A stretch of 63,274 nt of DNA, counting the filler, from Collodictyon triciliatum (taxonomy: Eukaryota): the NCBI GenBank assembly GCA_043381765.1. It is 16 parts of 16 records of this genome, joined end to end, with 100 filler letters (N's around TTAATTAATTAA, not from the genome) between each part and the next. Parts side by side here need not be neighbours in the genome. Positions count along the whole stretch, not along the records: positions 51,504 to 55,361 come from JBHJMP010006790.1; positions 55,462 to 59,319 come from JBHJMP010006791.1; positions 59,420 to 63,274 come from JBHJMP010006792.1; 13 more parts are not named here. The stretch is one strand, 5' to 3'. Each line of letters begins with the position of its first letter. The first letter of the stretch is position 1. The notes below the pieces were generated by a model, which saw only the letters and a list, made by a program, of their open reading frames with translations, made no database searches and was not told the origin of the DNA. Of the stretch, positions 51,757 through 63,274 are shown piece after piece. Made by a program: the position numbers and the translations under genes.

Positions 51757-54640
51757 ACCCACGAAGGCTCTCCACTATGTTGAACGTCGACGAAGTCTGC
51801 TCCACACACGACCCACGAAGGCTCTCCACTATGCCGAACTGCGACGAAGTCTGCTCCACACAAGACCCACGAAGGCTCTCCGCTATGCCGAGCGTCGACG
51901 CAGTCTGCTCCACACAAGACCCACGAAGGCTGTGCACTATGCCGAACGTCGACGAAATCTGCTTCACACACAAGACCCACAAAGGCTCTGCACTATGCCG
52001 AACGTCGACGAAGTCTGCCTCCACACAAGACCCACAAAGGCTCTGCGTTATGCCGAAATATGACGAAGTCTGCTTCACATAAGACCCGCAAAGGATCTCC
52101 ACTATGCCGGACTGCAACGAAGTCTGCTTCACACAAGACCCGCAAAGGCTGTGCACTATGCCGAGCGTCGACGCAGTCTGCTCCACACAAGACCCACAAA
52201 GGCTCTGCGTTATGCCGGAATACGACGAAGTCTGCTTCGCTCACAAAACCCACAAAGGCTCCACTATGCCGGAATACGACGAATTCTGCCTCACACAAGA
52301 CCCACAAAGGATCTCCACTATGCCGAAAGTCGACGAAGTCTGCTTCACACACGACCCACGAAGGCTCTCCGCTATGCCGAAATATGACGAAGTCTGCTTC
52401 ACACACGCAAAGACTGCAAAGGATCTCCACTATGCAGAACGTCGACGAAGTCTGCTCCACACACAAGACCCACAAAGGCTGTGCGTTATGCCGAACGTCG
52501 ACGAAGTCTGCTCCACATAAGACCCGCAAAGGCTCTCCACTATGCCGAACGTCGACGAAGTCTGCTTCACACAATACCCGCAAAGGCTCTCCACTATGCC
52601 CGGAATACGACGCAGTCTGCTCCACACAAGACCCGCAAAAGATCTCCACTATGCCGAACGTCGACGAAGTCTGCTTCACACAAGAACTGCAAAGGCTCTG
52701 CACTATGCCGGGATGCGACGCAGTCTGCTCCACACAAGACCCGCATGGCCCTCCACTATGCCGAACGTCGACAAAGTCTGCTCCACACACGCAAGACCCG
52801 CAAAGGTGCTCCGCTACACTGAACGTCGACGAAGTCTGCGTCACATAAGACCTGCAAAGGCTCTCCATTGTGCCGGACTGCAACGAAGTCTGCTTCGCAC
52901 ACACAACCCTCGAAGGCTCTCCACTACGCCCGAACGTCGACGAATTCTACTTCACACAAGACCCACAAAGGCTGTGCGTTATGCCGAACGTCGACGAAGT
53001 CTGCTTCACACACGCAAAGACTGCAAAGGCTGTGCACTATGCCGAACGTCGACGAGGTCTGCTTCATACACAAGACCCGCAAAGGATCTCCACTATGCAG
53101 AACGTCGACGAAGTCTGCTCCACACACAAGACCCGCAAGGGCTCTCCACTATGCCGAACGTCGACGAAGTCTGCTTCGCTCAAGACCCACGAAGGCTGTG
53201 CGTTATGCCGAACGTCGACGAAGTCTGCTCCACACAAGACCCGCATGGCTCTCCACTATGCCGAACGTCGACAAAGTCTGCTCCACACAAGACCCGCAAA
53301 GGCTCTGCACTATGCCGGAATACGACGCAGTCTGCTTCACACACAACCCGCAAAGGCTCTCCACTATGCCGAACGTCGACGCAGTCTGCTTCACAAACAC
53401 ACAAAACCCTCGAAGGCTCTCCACTATGCCGGGATGCGACGAAGTCTGCTTCACACAAGACCCGCGAAGGCTGTGCACTATGCCGAACGTCGACGAAGTC
53501 TGCTTCACACAAGACCCGCAAAGGCTGTGCACTATGCCGAGCGTTGACGCAGTCTGCTCCACACAAGACCCACGAAGGCTCTCCACTATGCCGGAATACG
53601 ACGAATTCTGCTTCACACAAGACCCACGAAGGCTCTCCACTATGCCGAACGTCGACAAAGTCTACTCCACACACGCAAGACCCGCAAAGGTGCTCCGCTG
53701 CACTGAACGTCGACGAAGTCTGCTTCACATAAGACCTGCAAAGGCTCTCCGCTATGCCGGAATATGACGAAGTCTGCCTCACACAAGACACACGAAGGCT
53801 CTCCACTATGCCGAACGTCGACGAAGTCTGCTTCGCACACACAACCCTCGAAGGCTCTCCACTACGCCCGAACGTCGACGAATTCTGCTTCACACAAGAC
53901 CCGCGAAGGCTCTCCACTATGCCGAACGTCGACGAATTCTGCTTCACACAAGACCCACAAAGGCTGTGCGTTATGCCGAACGTCGACGAAGTCTGGTCCA
54001 CACAAGACCTGCAAAGGCTCTCCACTACGCCCGAACGTCGACGAATTCTGCTTCACACAAGACCCACAAAGGCTGTGCGTTATGCCGAACGTCGACGAAG
54101 TCTGGTCCACATAAGACTCGCAAAGGATCTCCACTATGCCGAACGTCGACGAAGTCTGCTTCACACAAGACCCGCGAAGGCTCTCCACTATGCCGAACGT
54201 CGACGACGTCTGCCTCACACAAGACCCACAAAGGCTGTGCACTATGCCGGAATATGACGAAGTCTGCTTCACACAATACCCGCAAAGGCTCTCCACTATG
54301 CCCGGAATACGACGCAGTCTGCTCCACACAAGACCCGCAAAAGATCTCCACTATGCCGAACGTCGACAAAGTCTGCTTCGCACACACAACCCTCGAAGGC
54401 TCTCCACTACGCCGGAATCCTGACGAAGTCTGCTGCACACAATACCCGCAAAGGCTCTCCACTATGCCGAACGTCGACGAAGTCTGCCTCACACAAGACC
54501 CGCAAAGGCTCCATTATGCCGGAATGTGACGAGGTCTGCTTCATACACAAGACCCGCAAAGGTTCTCTGCTATGCCGGAATACGACGCAGTCTGCTTCAC
54601 ACAATCTGCAAAGATGCTCCACTATGCCGGAATACCAAAA
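51757..54640. repeat. GC/CpG-rich 54-bp tandem array (~50+ units)
   Basis: Consensus AAGACCCGCAAAGGCTCTCCACTATGCCGAACGTCGACGAAGTCTGCTTCACAC, with CA-slippage length variants. Decayed units at ~54850-55030. Confidence 0.96.
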
Positions 54641-55461
54641 CTGTAAGTCTAGTTCAACCAGAAATTCTATTTTTCGTTTCTAGCACTTTGTTTTGTGCAA
54701 CACACACTTAGCAGATGTTTTTGTCATAATTCATACGGAAGGATTTTTTACCATAAAGGTGGAAAAATTGAATTTCTCCTGTCAAAAATAGGACAGTCTG
54801 TGTCCGGATATGGGGAATATTTGAAGCCAAATTACCTGTTTATGAAACGACAAAGTGCTTCGCACACACTGAGACTCGATAAGGCTTTGCACTATCCCGG
54901 AATACGACGATGTCTGGTTCACACACTAAGAACCCAAGAATACTCCACTATACTGGAATGTGGCGAAATGTGCTTCACACACAAAACGCAGAAAGGCATC
55001 AAACTATGCTGGAATACGATGAAGTCCTCCTAACAACCCCGTAAGACCTCAAGGGCCAAAAAAAAAACCTAAATAGAAGCACGAGGTCGCTACATAGCAC
55101 AATTCCCACGAGAAACCCAGGCACCACAGGTGTCGCAAGAGTCACAACCCTCAGAAGCACGGGCTAGACTCTGAAGTCCCACAAAGCCTCACAAGACCCT
55201 CAAGCACCAATGATGACAAGCCCGCGACTCCAAGCCATACTAGGGACAATTAGACCCGCAAAAATTAGAGGAAACAAAAAAAAAAAGCATCGAATTACCA
55301 AGATGTCCACCCCACACGCAAACCTCACAAGTCACACAACTACCAAGAAAAGCAAAAAAAANNNNNNNNNNNNNNNNNNNNNNNNNNNNNNNNNNNNNNN
55401 NNNNNTTAATTAATTAANNNNNNNNNNNNNNNNNNNNNNNNNNNNNNNNNNNNNNNNNNNN

Positions 55462-55665
55462 TGGCTGTGCATCTTGTGTGCGGAATGCGGTGGAGCCTGG
55501 CGTTGTGATGTATGAGCCGTCTTCTTTGAATGAGATTTCTCTGATGGTGGCCGCGTTGCCTTCGTGAGTCTGTTTGATGATGCAGAAGCTTTTCTGGTTG
55601 TCCCAGCATATTTGTCCTGCTGCCAATGGCTCGTTCAGGGGTATTGTCATTTCGCAGTGAGTATA
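55462..55665 (-). mobile_element. 5'-truncated internal fragment of a repeated element ORF
   Basis: YTHCEMTIPLNEPLAAGQICWDNQKSFCIIKQ... is open to the contig edge and continues the frame that ends at 15770. Confidence 0.55.
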
Positions 55666-56798
55666 CATCTAAAAGGGTCACTGTGAGTGTCGTAGTGATG
55701 CTTTCAACGATTAAATGACATCTTGCATCCTGATTTCGCGAAAGCGATTCCACTCCTCCAACTAAACTCCCATTAATATAGCCTATCTTTGAATACAAGT
55801 CATCCAGCGATTAACCATATCTCTTTCTTTTTGGCAACCCCAAACTTATCGATGCGTTTATCATTGACTGTAATCCACCTATTTATCACATAGCCAACAT
55901 AAACACAGTTTTTAACATCACAAGTTAAACACTCGAAACATTTACAAGAAAAAAAAAAGTCGCACCCAGTACATATACCATATTGCTTCATCAGTTTCAC
56001 ACTCAACCCACCAGCAATTCTAAGGCCAACGCAAGTGATTCCAATTTGATGTAGGGTGTGCCACTGACCCGAACCTCGAAAGAAGGGTAAACAGACCCAC
56101 CCCTAAAGAAAGAAAGATTGTGCTAGTTTTTCGGCTTATTGATTGCTTTGGGTCGTGTGCATAAAGGTCGGCGAAATATGAGTCCCGTACCAGAACCAGA
56201 CGACACGTCCTTCCTGCCACACGAAAGTAGTGATGGTGCATCCAACCCCTTATACCCCACATTGTATTTTTCTTATGGGGACTATACATCATGGATATTT
56301 TTGTACATGCTTTGTGTAAATGAACTTACTTCAATAAATATGTTTCGTAAAATATACAAACACAAAGCAGCAGTATGCCTTCCTTTAATAGACAAGAGGA
56401 AATGAGGAACTCTCCGAGTGGCCATACAGACTAATGAGCCGCAGGAAGGTCGAAGGTGGAAAATCTGGACATATCCCGCGCCCATGTGCGCAAGCAGCAA
56501 GCTTCTGGGTTTGTCTCAAAGAGGTTTCTGAGCAACAGCATCACACTTATCCATTCATTTATTGAACTCTGCATTCACACCATCCGACTCATGGCAGTGC
56601 CCTGACATCCCAAGCGCACGCATTGAAGATATCGAACCACGGGTCACAAGTCATGTATCCTTTATTATTCACGAAACCGTCGACTTGAAACAAGTAGAAA
56701 AGAAAAGTAGAAAAAGAAGAAAACGCGCAACACCTTGACTATTCTCCCTCACAGCCTTAGAACCCGCTCGTAGGGTTTCCCACCACACTTGTGCCACA

Positions 56799-58422
56799 AT
56801 GCCCGACGAAGCGGAGCTCTTGGAGGAGCTGCGAATGATCACGGAGGACGCCGACATCTCCTCGTTAAAAAACCGCTCGACACTGCGCGATCTCTGCTCC
56901 AAAAGGCTAACGTCTGTTCCATGCGGCGTTTTTCTGCTGGGCGATCTGAGAGAACTAAGGATGTCAGGCAATGAGCTCCCGTCTCTGCCTCCAGAAATAT
57001 CGTGTTTGAATCGTCTCATACAACTTTATGTAAATGACAATAAGCTGTCTTCGTTGCCACCGGAAATATCACACTTAACTGGCCTCTCACATCTATGCGC
57101 TGACGTGAATTCGTTGTTATCACTACCGCAAGAAATATCACACTTGACTGGTCTGTCATATCTTGGGCTTTACAACAACTTCTTGTCATCTCTGCCGCCA
57201 GAAATATCGAGTTTGACTGGTCTCACAGTTTTTGGTGTTGCAAATAATAAGTTGTCGTCACTCCCACTAGGATTATCTTGTTTGACTGGTCTTACACGCC
57301 TTGATGCACATTACAACCAGTTATCGTTGCTGCCGCCAACAATGTCGTGTTTGACTGGTCTAAAACATTTTGGTGTTGCTGGAAATCGAGTATGCCTGTG
57401 GATATGTTGTTTTACGCATTCATTCGTTATTTTCTCATATGTGGCGTTTTTTTTTTATGTAACAATAACAATGCAGCTAACGTTTTTGCGTGCAGATGGA
57501 ACTGCTTCCGCCACAAATTACAGCACTCACAAATATGAAGGAGCTCTTCATCAAAGGGTATGTTAAACGAACTATCACCAGAGCACCTCGCGGCATCACA
57601 AACCTTCCTTGCTGGGAAAATTCAGGCCATTGTGATTACATAGATATTCGTGGTCTGGAGCTTTATGAAACGGTAATCATTCCAATATTAATATAAAAGT
57701 CACACAATATTCATTTTACCTTTATTCGATTCAAAGCATACAATATGCATCTTAATTAATACAGGTAAATGCCATTACTGAACAAGGATGGACACCTAGC
57801 ATGGAGCAGATTGAATTTATTTCCTTGGGACTGTACGGAATGAAACTAGCAACTTTACCGGAGAATATCAAACTTATGCAAAACCTGACATATTTATGTC
57901 TCAAAGGAAATTATGTAATTTTTTTTAATTTATTGATCGAAAATTCGACCAAAAATAATGATACGAATACAACCTAACATCTGAGCAAAACAGCTCAATG
58001 ACATCCCAGAGCCCATATTTTGTCTCACTACGATCAAGGAACTGGATGTTTCAAACAACAAGGTGACAAAAAGAAAAAAAGACAAAGAATATTGACCATG
58101 AATAGTTTTCCGTGCTATATCTATACAATGTTCAAATATCAATCCGATAAACTATGCATCATCGACTAGATAACTAGTATTTCTGGCTCTATCAACCGAC
58201 TCTACAACCTTGAAATACTTGATGTCACAAATAATGAGGTGAGGAATTCCACAAAATACCTACATATCAACTATTTCAGCACATTTTACATAATCTTATC
58301 ATCTTTTGATAATTGTATGATAATTTAATTCAATTACTTTTAATAAAACAAAAATTCGATCTCACCGTTTTGATTGTATGTCGTAGTTATCTCAGCTGCC
58401 TATGTTTCTTGCAATCCCATAA
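56799..58422 (+). CDS. LRR protein, six exons
   Basis: 23-aa LSSLPPEISHLTGL repeats in exon 1; phase-0 GT-AG introns; stop TAA at 58420-58422. Confidence 0.88.
57719..57736 (-). mobile_element. 18-bp solo insert with a degenerate 18-bp TSD in an LRR intron
   Basis: CACACAATATTCATTTTA (57701-57718) - CCTTTATTCGATTCAAAG - CATACAATATGCATCTTA (57737-57754); 15/18 match. Confidence 0.75.
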
Positions 58423-59420
58423 GAACGCAGTAAGTAGACAAGGATTTGAGACTGACCCTGGATGACCTATCCAAGAAGACAAAGAAATAAACAGAAATAC
58501 ACAAGTGAATCGAATGAGGTTTAGAGCCTGCTGATAGTTTTGAGTATGGCGCTTGGCAAAGGTTTTTTTTTCTACCAGAGAAAGATATTTTCTTGTTTTA
58601 GCAGAGGCCACGACACATACTTGTATGTCCCTTCTGTTTTTCTGAATCTTATAGCAATTTCGTGTATTGGTACTACTTATAGATAAAATAAAAATACCAA
58701 AAGACCGCGAAAAAAACATGATTTAATTGATAAAAACAAAGAAGGATCGAAACTACCATTTTTAATTATTCTGTTGGGATTATTTTTACATTATTTTTAA
58801 TCCAAAAAATCTTTACAGGTAAAAAATCTTTTCCTTTATTCGATCTGTAGTATAGTTGAATATATAGAACAGTCATGAGTTGATTGCTCTCTTGGCTCGA
58901 AAACCAACATAATTGATTCAAAAGACAAAAGATGGTATCTATTTTGTTCGTGGGGTTCATCGGGTGTTTGGCAAAACCTGTTCGTTCATGCCAAAATTAT
59001 TTCGTTTCTTTTTTCTTCTTTTATTCAAAAATTATTTCGTTTCTTAGATTTTTTTTTGCCATGAAGCAACCGAACAAATTTCGATCATGCGCCTGTTGAG
59101 TTCGAAGACAGAAACTCATCTTTGATGTTATTTTCGATGTTTTTTGTTTTTGCTTTTTCTGCTTTTTTCTTCTTTTTTCTGCTTTTTTCTGCTTTTGCCT
59201 GCTTTTCTTTTTTTTTTCTGTTTTTCTGTTTTTCTGTTTTTCTGTTTTTCTGTTTTTCTGTTTTTCTGTTTTTCTGTTTTTCTGTTTTTCTGTTTTTCTA
59301 TTTTTCTGTTTTTCTGTTTNNNNNNNNNNNNNNNNNNNNNNNNNNNNNNNNNNNNNNNNNNNNTTAATTAATTAANNNNNNNNNNNNNNNNNNNNNNNNN
59401 NNNNNNNNNNNNNNNNNNNA

Positions 59421-59612
59421 AATAATAACAACAAATAATAACAACAAATAATAACAACAAATAATAACAACAAATAATAACAACAAATGATAACAACAAA
59501 TGATAACAACAAATGATAACAACAAATGATAACAACAAATGATAACAACAAATGATAACAACAAATGATAACAACAAATGATAACAACAAATGATAACAA
59601 CAAATAATAATA
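59421..59612 (+). repeat. 12-bp (AAATGATAACAAC-like) minisatellite
   Basis: Tandem units at a contig start. Another A-rich (AATGATAAAAA)n array lies at 60686-60933. Confidence 0.93.
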
Positions 59613-59949
59613 ACAATACTACTACTAATAATACCAGTAATACTAATAATAATAAGAATAATAAGAATAACAACCACATTAACATCAATAATTGTAATAA
59701 CACCAACAGTAATAGTACTAGGACGATATAACAAAATATAAAAAAGGCAATGAAAATTTATGAATTATAGAAATAGAGAATATAAAGAAACATTAAAGAA
59801 AAACACTATGTAAAATGGATTCAAGGTTAGGAATGACCATCTTGATGATTATATACTTTTTATCTATGATTTGTACACTCCAAAGATGTGTAATTTATTA
59901 ATAGCAATATCATCATTCTCTCTCTGTGTCTGCATTTTACCAAATCAAA

Positions 59950-62097
59950 GAGCTCATACGTTTCACGTACGTTTGGTTGATGTGGCCTATCGCGACCTAA
60001 TTCTTCCCGTGTGGAGCTTCAATGAAAGTGAAGAGTACTCTCGCTGTCCTTTAAGCGCTCTGCCTGTGGTGAACCCTGACCAGAGCCTCTCTTTCTCCGT
60101 GGTGGTGCCTATTGGGACACAATCTTTTAGGATCGCAAAATACTTCCCCTACTCCTTCAGAAGATTTGAAAAGCTCAGAGAAAAAGTTATTTTTCTTTAT
60201 CTCTTTACAATAGCATATTTCTATCACCGAATTGTGAGTGGACCAAAGTGAAAACATCTTGTTTGAATGAAAATTTTCGTGATATTTTCCAGCGCAGTAA
60301 AAAATAATAATAATAAAATGACTCTACACAGGTCCTAAAGCAGAGAGGGCTGGTACGCGAGTCAGTTCCAGGCTTATCTTCATTTGGAAAGCCCATATAC
60401 CTCTGGGAATTCACAGATTCTACCACGTCCAGTGTTGGGAAAAGACGTGCCTTTATTCAAACTGCCCATCACCCATCTGAAAATACAGCTTATTTCATGA
60501 TGGAAGGTTTCGTAGATTGGCTACTGTCCGGTGCGGCCGAGGCAAAAGCATTGCTTCAGAACACCATCATCAACGTAGTACCTATTGCAAACCCGGTTTG
60601 TCACCATCACGAATTATCGATGTTCACATCTCTTACCATATAGATCCCCTATGAAATCGCTTGCCAATAATGATAAAAATTATGTTAAAAAATGATAAAA
60701 AAATGATAAAAAATGATAAAAAAATGATAAAAAAATGATAAAAAAATGATAAAAAAATGATAAAAAAATGATAAAAAAATGATAAAAAAATGATGAAAAT
60801 AATGATAAAATAATGATAAAATAATGATAAAATAATGATAAAATAATGATAAAATAATGATAAAATAATGATAAAAATAATGATAAAAATAATGATAAAA
60901 ATAATGATAAAAATAATGATAAAAATAATGATAATAGAAAGTGAAGCTACTTCTCCGCACTTTTGACAAAATCAATACTTTCTTACTTTTCTTTCATCCA
61001 TTGAAAAATTAAGTTGACAATTTTCAACGGACTTCACAGGACGGCCTTTTCTTTGGAAATTATCGAGTTTCTGGAAAATCTCTCAACCTGGAGGTTCAAT
61101 TTGCAGCTCCATATGATTCAAGCAATCCTGAAACCAAGGTGCTTTTGAGTCTTCTGGATAGCTTTATGGGCACGTATTCTCAACCAGGCTCCAACCCAGT
61201 GGAAATATTTCTGAACCTGCACAGTACTCATGAAGTTAATTACCCCTTCCATTTTGAGCACAGACCGTACTATCTTATCAACGGAACTGGTACACCTCTT
61301 CTTTCCTATATCTCCTTCATTCGATATAGACACATAGTCCTTGAAAGAGCTTTTACTATACCATCTTATGTATACAAAATTATTCTCCCAATCTATGATG
61401 TCACTGATTCAAAAAAAAAATGATGTCACTGATTCATTTTCATAATCTTCTGCATTTGATGTATTAGGTGTCATTCCTGTGGTGACCGAGCTGGAGGAAC
61501 TTTGGATAGATATTTTTAAATCCAGAAACAATTTAGTGCAAAAAGGCAGTTCCTATATCATACCGTATCATATAAAAAATATAATAAAAAAATCATACCG
61601 TAGCATATTTTAACAGATGGCTGACTGCACTGTTTATCCATAGGTGTTACAGAATACAGCGAGCTGACCTCAAGACAGTACCCTGAGTCCATGATACATG
61701 ATCGCTGGAGCGCAAATTCTCGCTGGACTGGACCACCAGTCATGGCAATAACCATAGAAGGGACGTACCACTATGGTAGGATTTACACTTCCGACGCTCG
61801 TTTCTATATTGTTTATTCATCATTGATCTTATTCTTTCAGAAATCCACCACCTACTTACTGCATAACATATATAAACAAACGGAAAAAAAAAAAACAAAC
61901 AAAAAAAAACAAAAAACAAAAACGAAGGTACCAATGGTTGTTGTAGCACGGTCGAAGATTACACGACGATGGGAAGGGACATGGGGCTCTCTATCCTCGA
62001 CTACTTCTCTCTTGTACGACCGAGGCCATCGAATTTGGAATTGCATGAAAAAGCTAGCTTTGGTACCGACTATGATTTTGAAAAAATTAGAGTCTAG
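59950..62097 (+). CDS. M14 zinc carboxypeptidase (Nna1/CCP-like), multi-exon, 5' end uncertain
   Basis: IAKYFPYS, FIQTAHHPSE (HxxE), VVPIANPDGLFFGNYR, FLNLHS and AITIEG. Confidence 0.85.
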
Positions 62098-62827
62098 TCG
62101 GCATCTCTTTTGCCTTGCAAAGACAATAAACCACTTTCACACAACATATCTGAGCCAATATATATATATATATTAATATGGTTTTTTTGAATGTTTTTTT
62201 TATTTTTTTTTTATTTTTTTCTCTTCGGTTTGAGTTAGTAATGTAGTGTTCAAAAGATTCAATCGCAACTATTAAACTTGTGCTGGGCCCATATTGTGTT
62301 TTCCCTCATGGTTCCCCGATATATTCCCAACCCTTCACAAATCTTGACGTGCCCGCAGAAACACAACAGCGCGCAGAAAGAGTTACCCCGCGCCGAGTGC
62401 GTGGTGTCCCATTAATTCCACAATAGGTACACAAACCGAGCAATTTGGCACAACCACAGTCAGCTCGCTGTTTTTTTTCTTTTTCGTTTATGTGCCTTTT
62501 CAAAGGAATCCATTTTTTCGACACGTTTTGGTCGAAAACGAAACCGTCACCTCTTTGCCTTTTTATTTTTCTTTCCCACGTCTCTTTCTTCCTGCCCCAA
62601 TCCCCTCTCTACTTCTTTTTCTTTCTTTTCCATCTCTCCCTATTCCCATTTTCCTTTTTTGCCTTCTCTCTAATTTACTCTACTCAATACCAGTTCTCTC
62701 GCTAATTCCTGAAGCGACTGCGTATGTACTCTTGTACACGGCCGCCTTGCTCTCCTTTTGCGTACCCCTCTTTTTACACAAAGTTGTCGGAGTCATCACT
62801 TTATCACTTTCGCTCCGCATCAAAGGA

Positions 62828-63025
62828 ATGCAGCCGAGCGATCCGCCCCCGCCCACACCGGGTCTCAACTACCTGACGGAAGATCCGAGCTCTGCGCTTC
62901 CCCTGCTGCATTCTGGCGATAGTCACAAGCAGCCAAAGATCGTCACGTCGCTTTCAGCCGCTGTCTTTAACCTCACAAACGCCATTCTCGGTGCCGGCGT
63001 CTTGGCTTTGCCGTACTGCCTCAAG
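62828..63025 (+). CDS. First exon of a second Aa_trans amino-acid transporter
   Basis: MQPSDPPP...TSLSAAVFNLTNAILGAGVLALPYCLK|gtatac; same intron position as the paralogue at 8930. Confidence 0.85.
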
Positions 63026-63274
63026 GTATACAGTTGTTGGTCGGGTCGCGATACTTTAACTTTCTGTCCCTCTTTAGCCTCTTCTTTCTTTTCTTTTTCT
63101 TTTCTCTTTTTCTCTTTTTCTCTTCTTTATACTTTTTTATACTTTTTTTCACTTTTTTTCACTTTTTTCACTTTTTTCACTTTTCACTTTTCTCTTTTCC
63201 CTTTTCTTTTTTCTTTTTTTCTCTTTTCTCTTTTCTCTTTTCTCTTTTCTCTTTTCTCTTTTCTCTTTTTTTTT

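Noticed and set aside
51757-54640. CRISPR-like array or 18-aa repeat protein (MPNVDEVCFTQDPQRLST)
   Set aside because: There are no unique spacers, only recurring variants. Frequent 1-4-nt unit length changes shift frames, so the overlapping ORFs are by-products.

Overview
This window is not contiguous DNA. It is 16 unrelated ~3.86 kb contigs of an AT-rich, intron-rich eukaryote, joined by artificial 100-bp spacers (N44-TTAATTAATTAA-N44). BBS4 and a Moonraker-like gene imply a flagellated organism using the standard code and GT-AG introns. Recognisable genes: R2R3-type Myb, two Aa_trans transporters, a lipase, a WD40 protein, a tandem Ig/cadherin-like protein, two LRR proteins, BBS4, an NHL protein, a TspO-like protein, an EXS protein, SLU7, an HMG-box protein, an M14 peptidase and tRNA-Leu(AAG). 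There is also a 54-bp tandem array and many intronic microsatellites. The strongest novel signal is an apparently uncharacterised retroelement system. Five contig ends carry fragments that probably belong to one non-LTR-like family, whose ORF ends in a conserved PCNA-binding PIP box. The 16-bp 3' terminus of one copy (CTTTGAATCGAATAAA) also occurs four more times as ultra-short (~18-32 bp) solo inserts with a fixed 5' boundary; two of these have clear target-site duplications. A second highlight is a WD40 tandem protein that gains a signal-peptide-like leader via a small spliced exon and continues into Cys-rich extracellular repeats.
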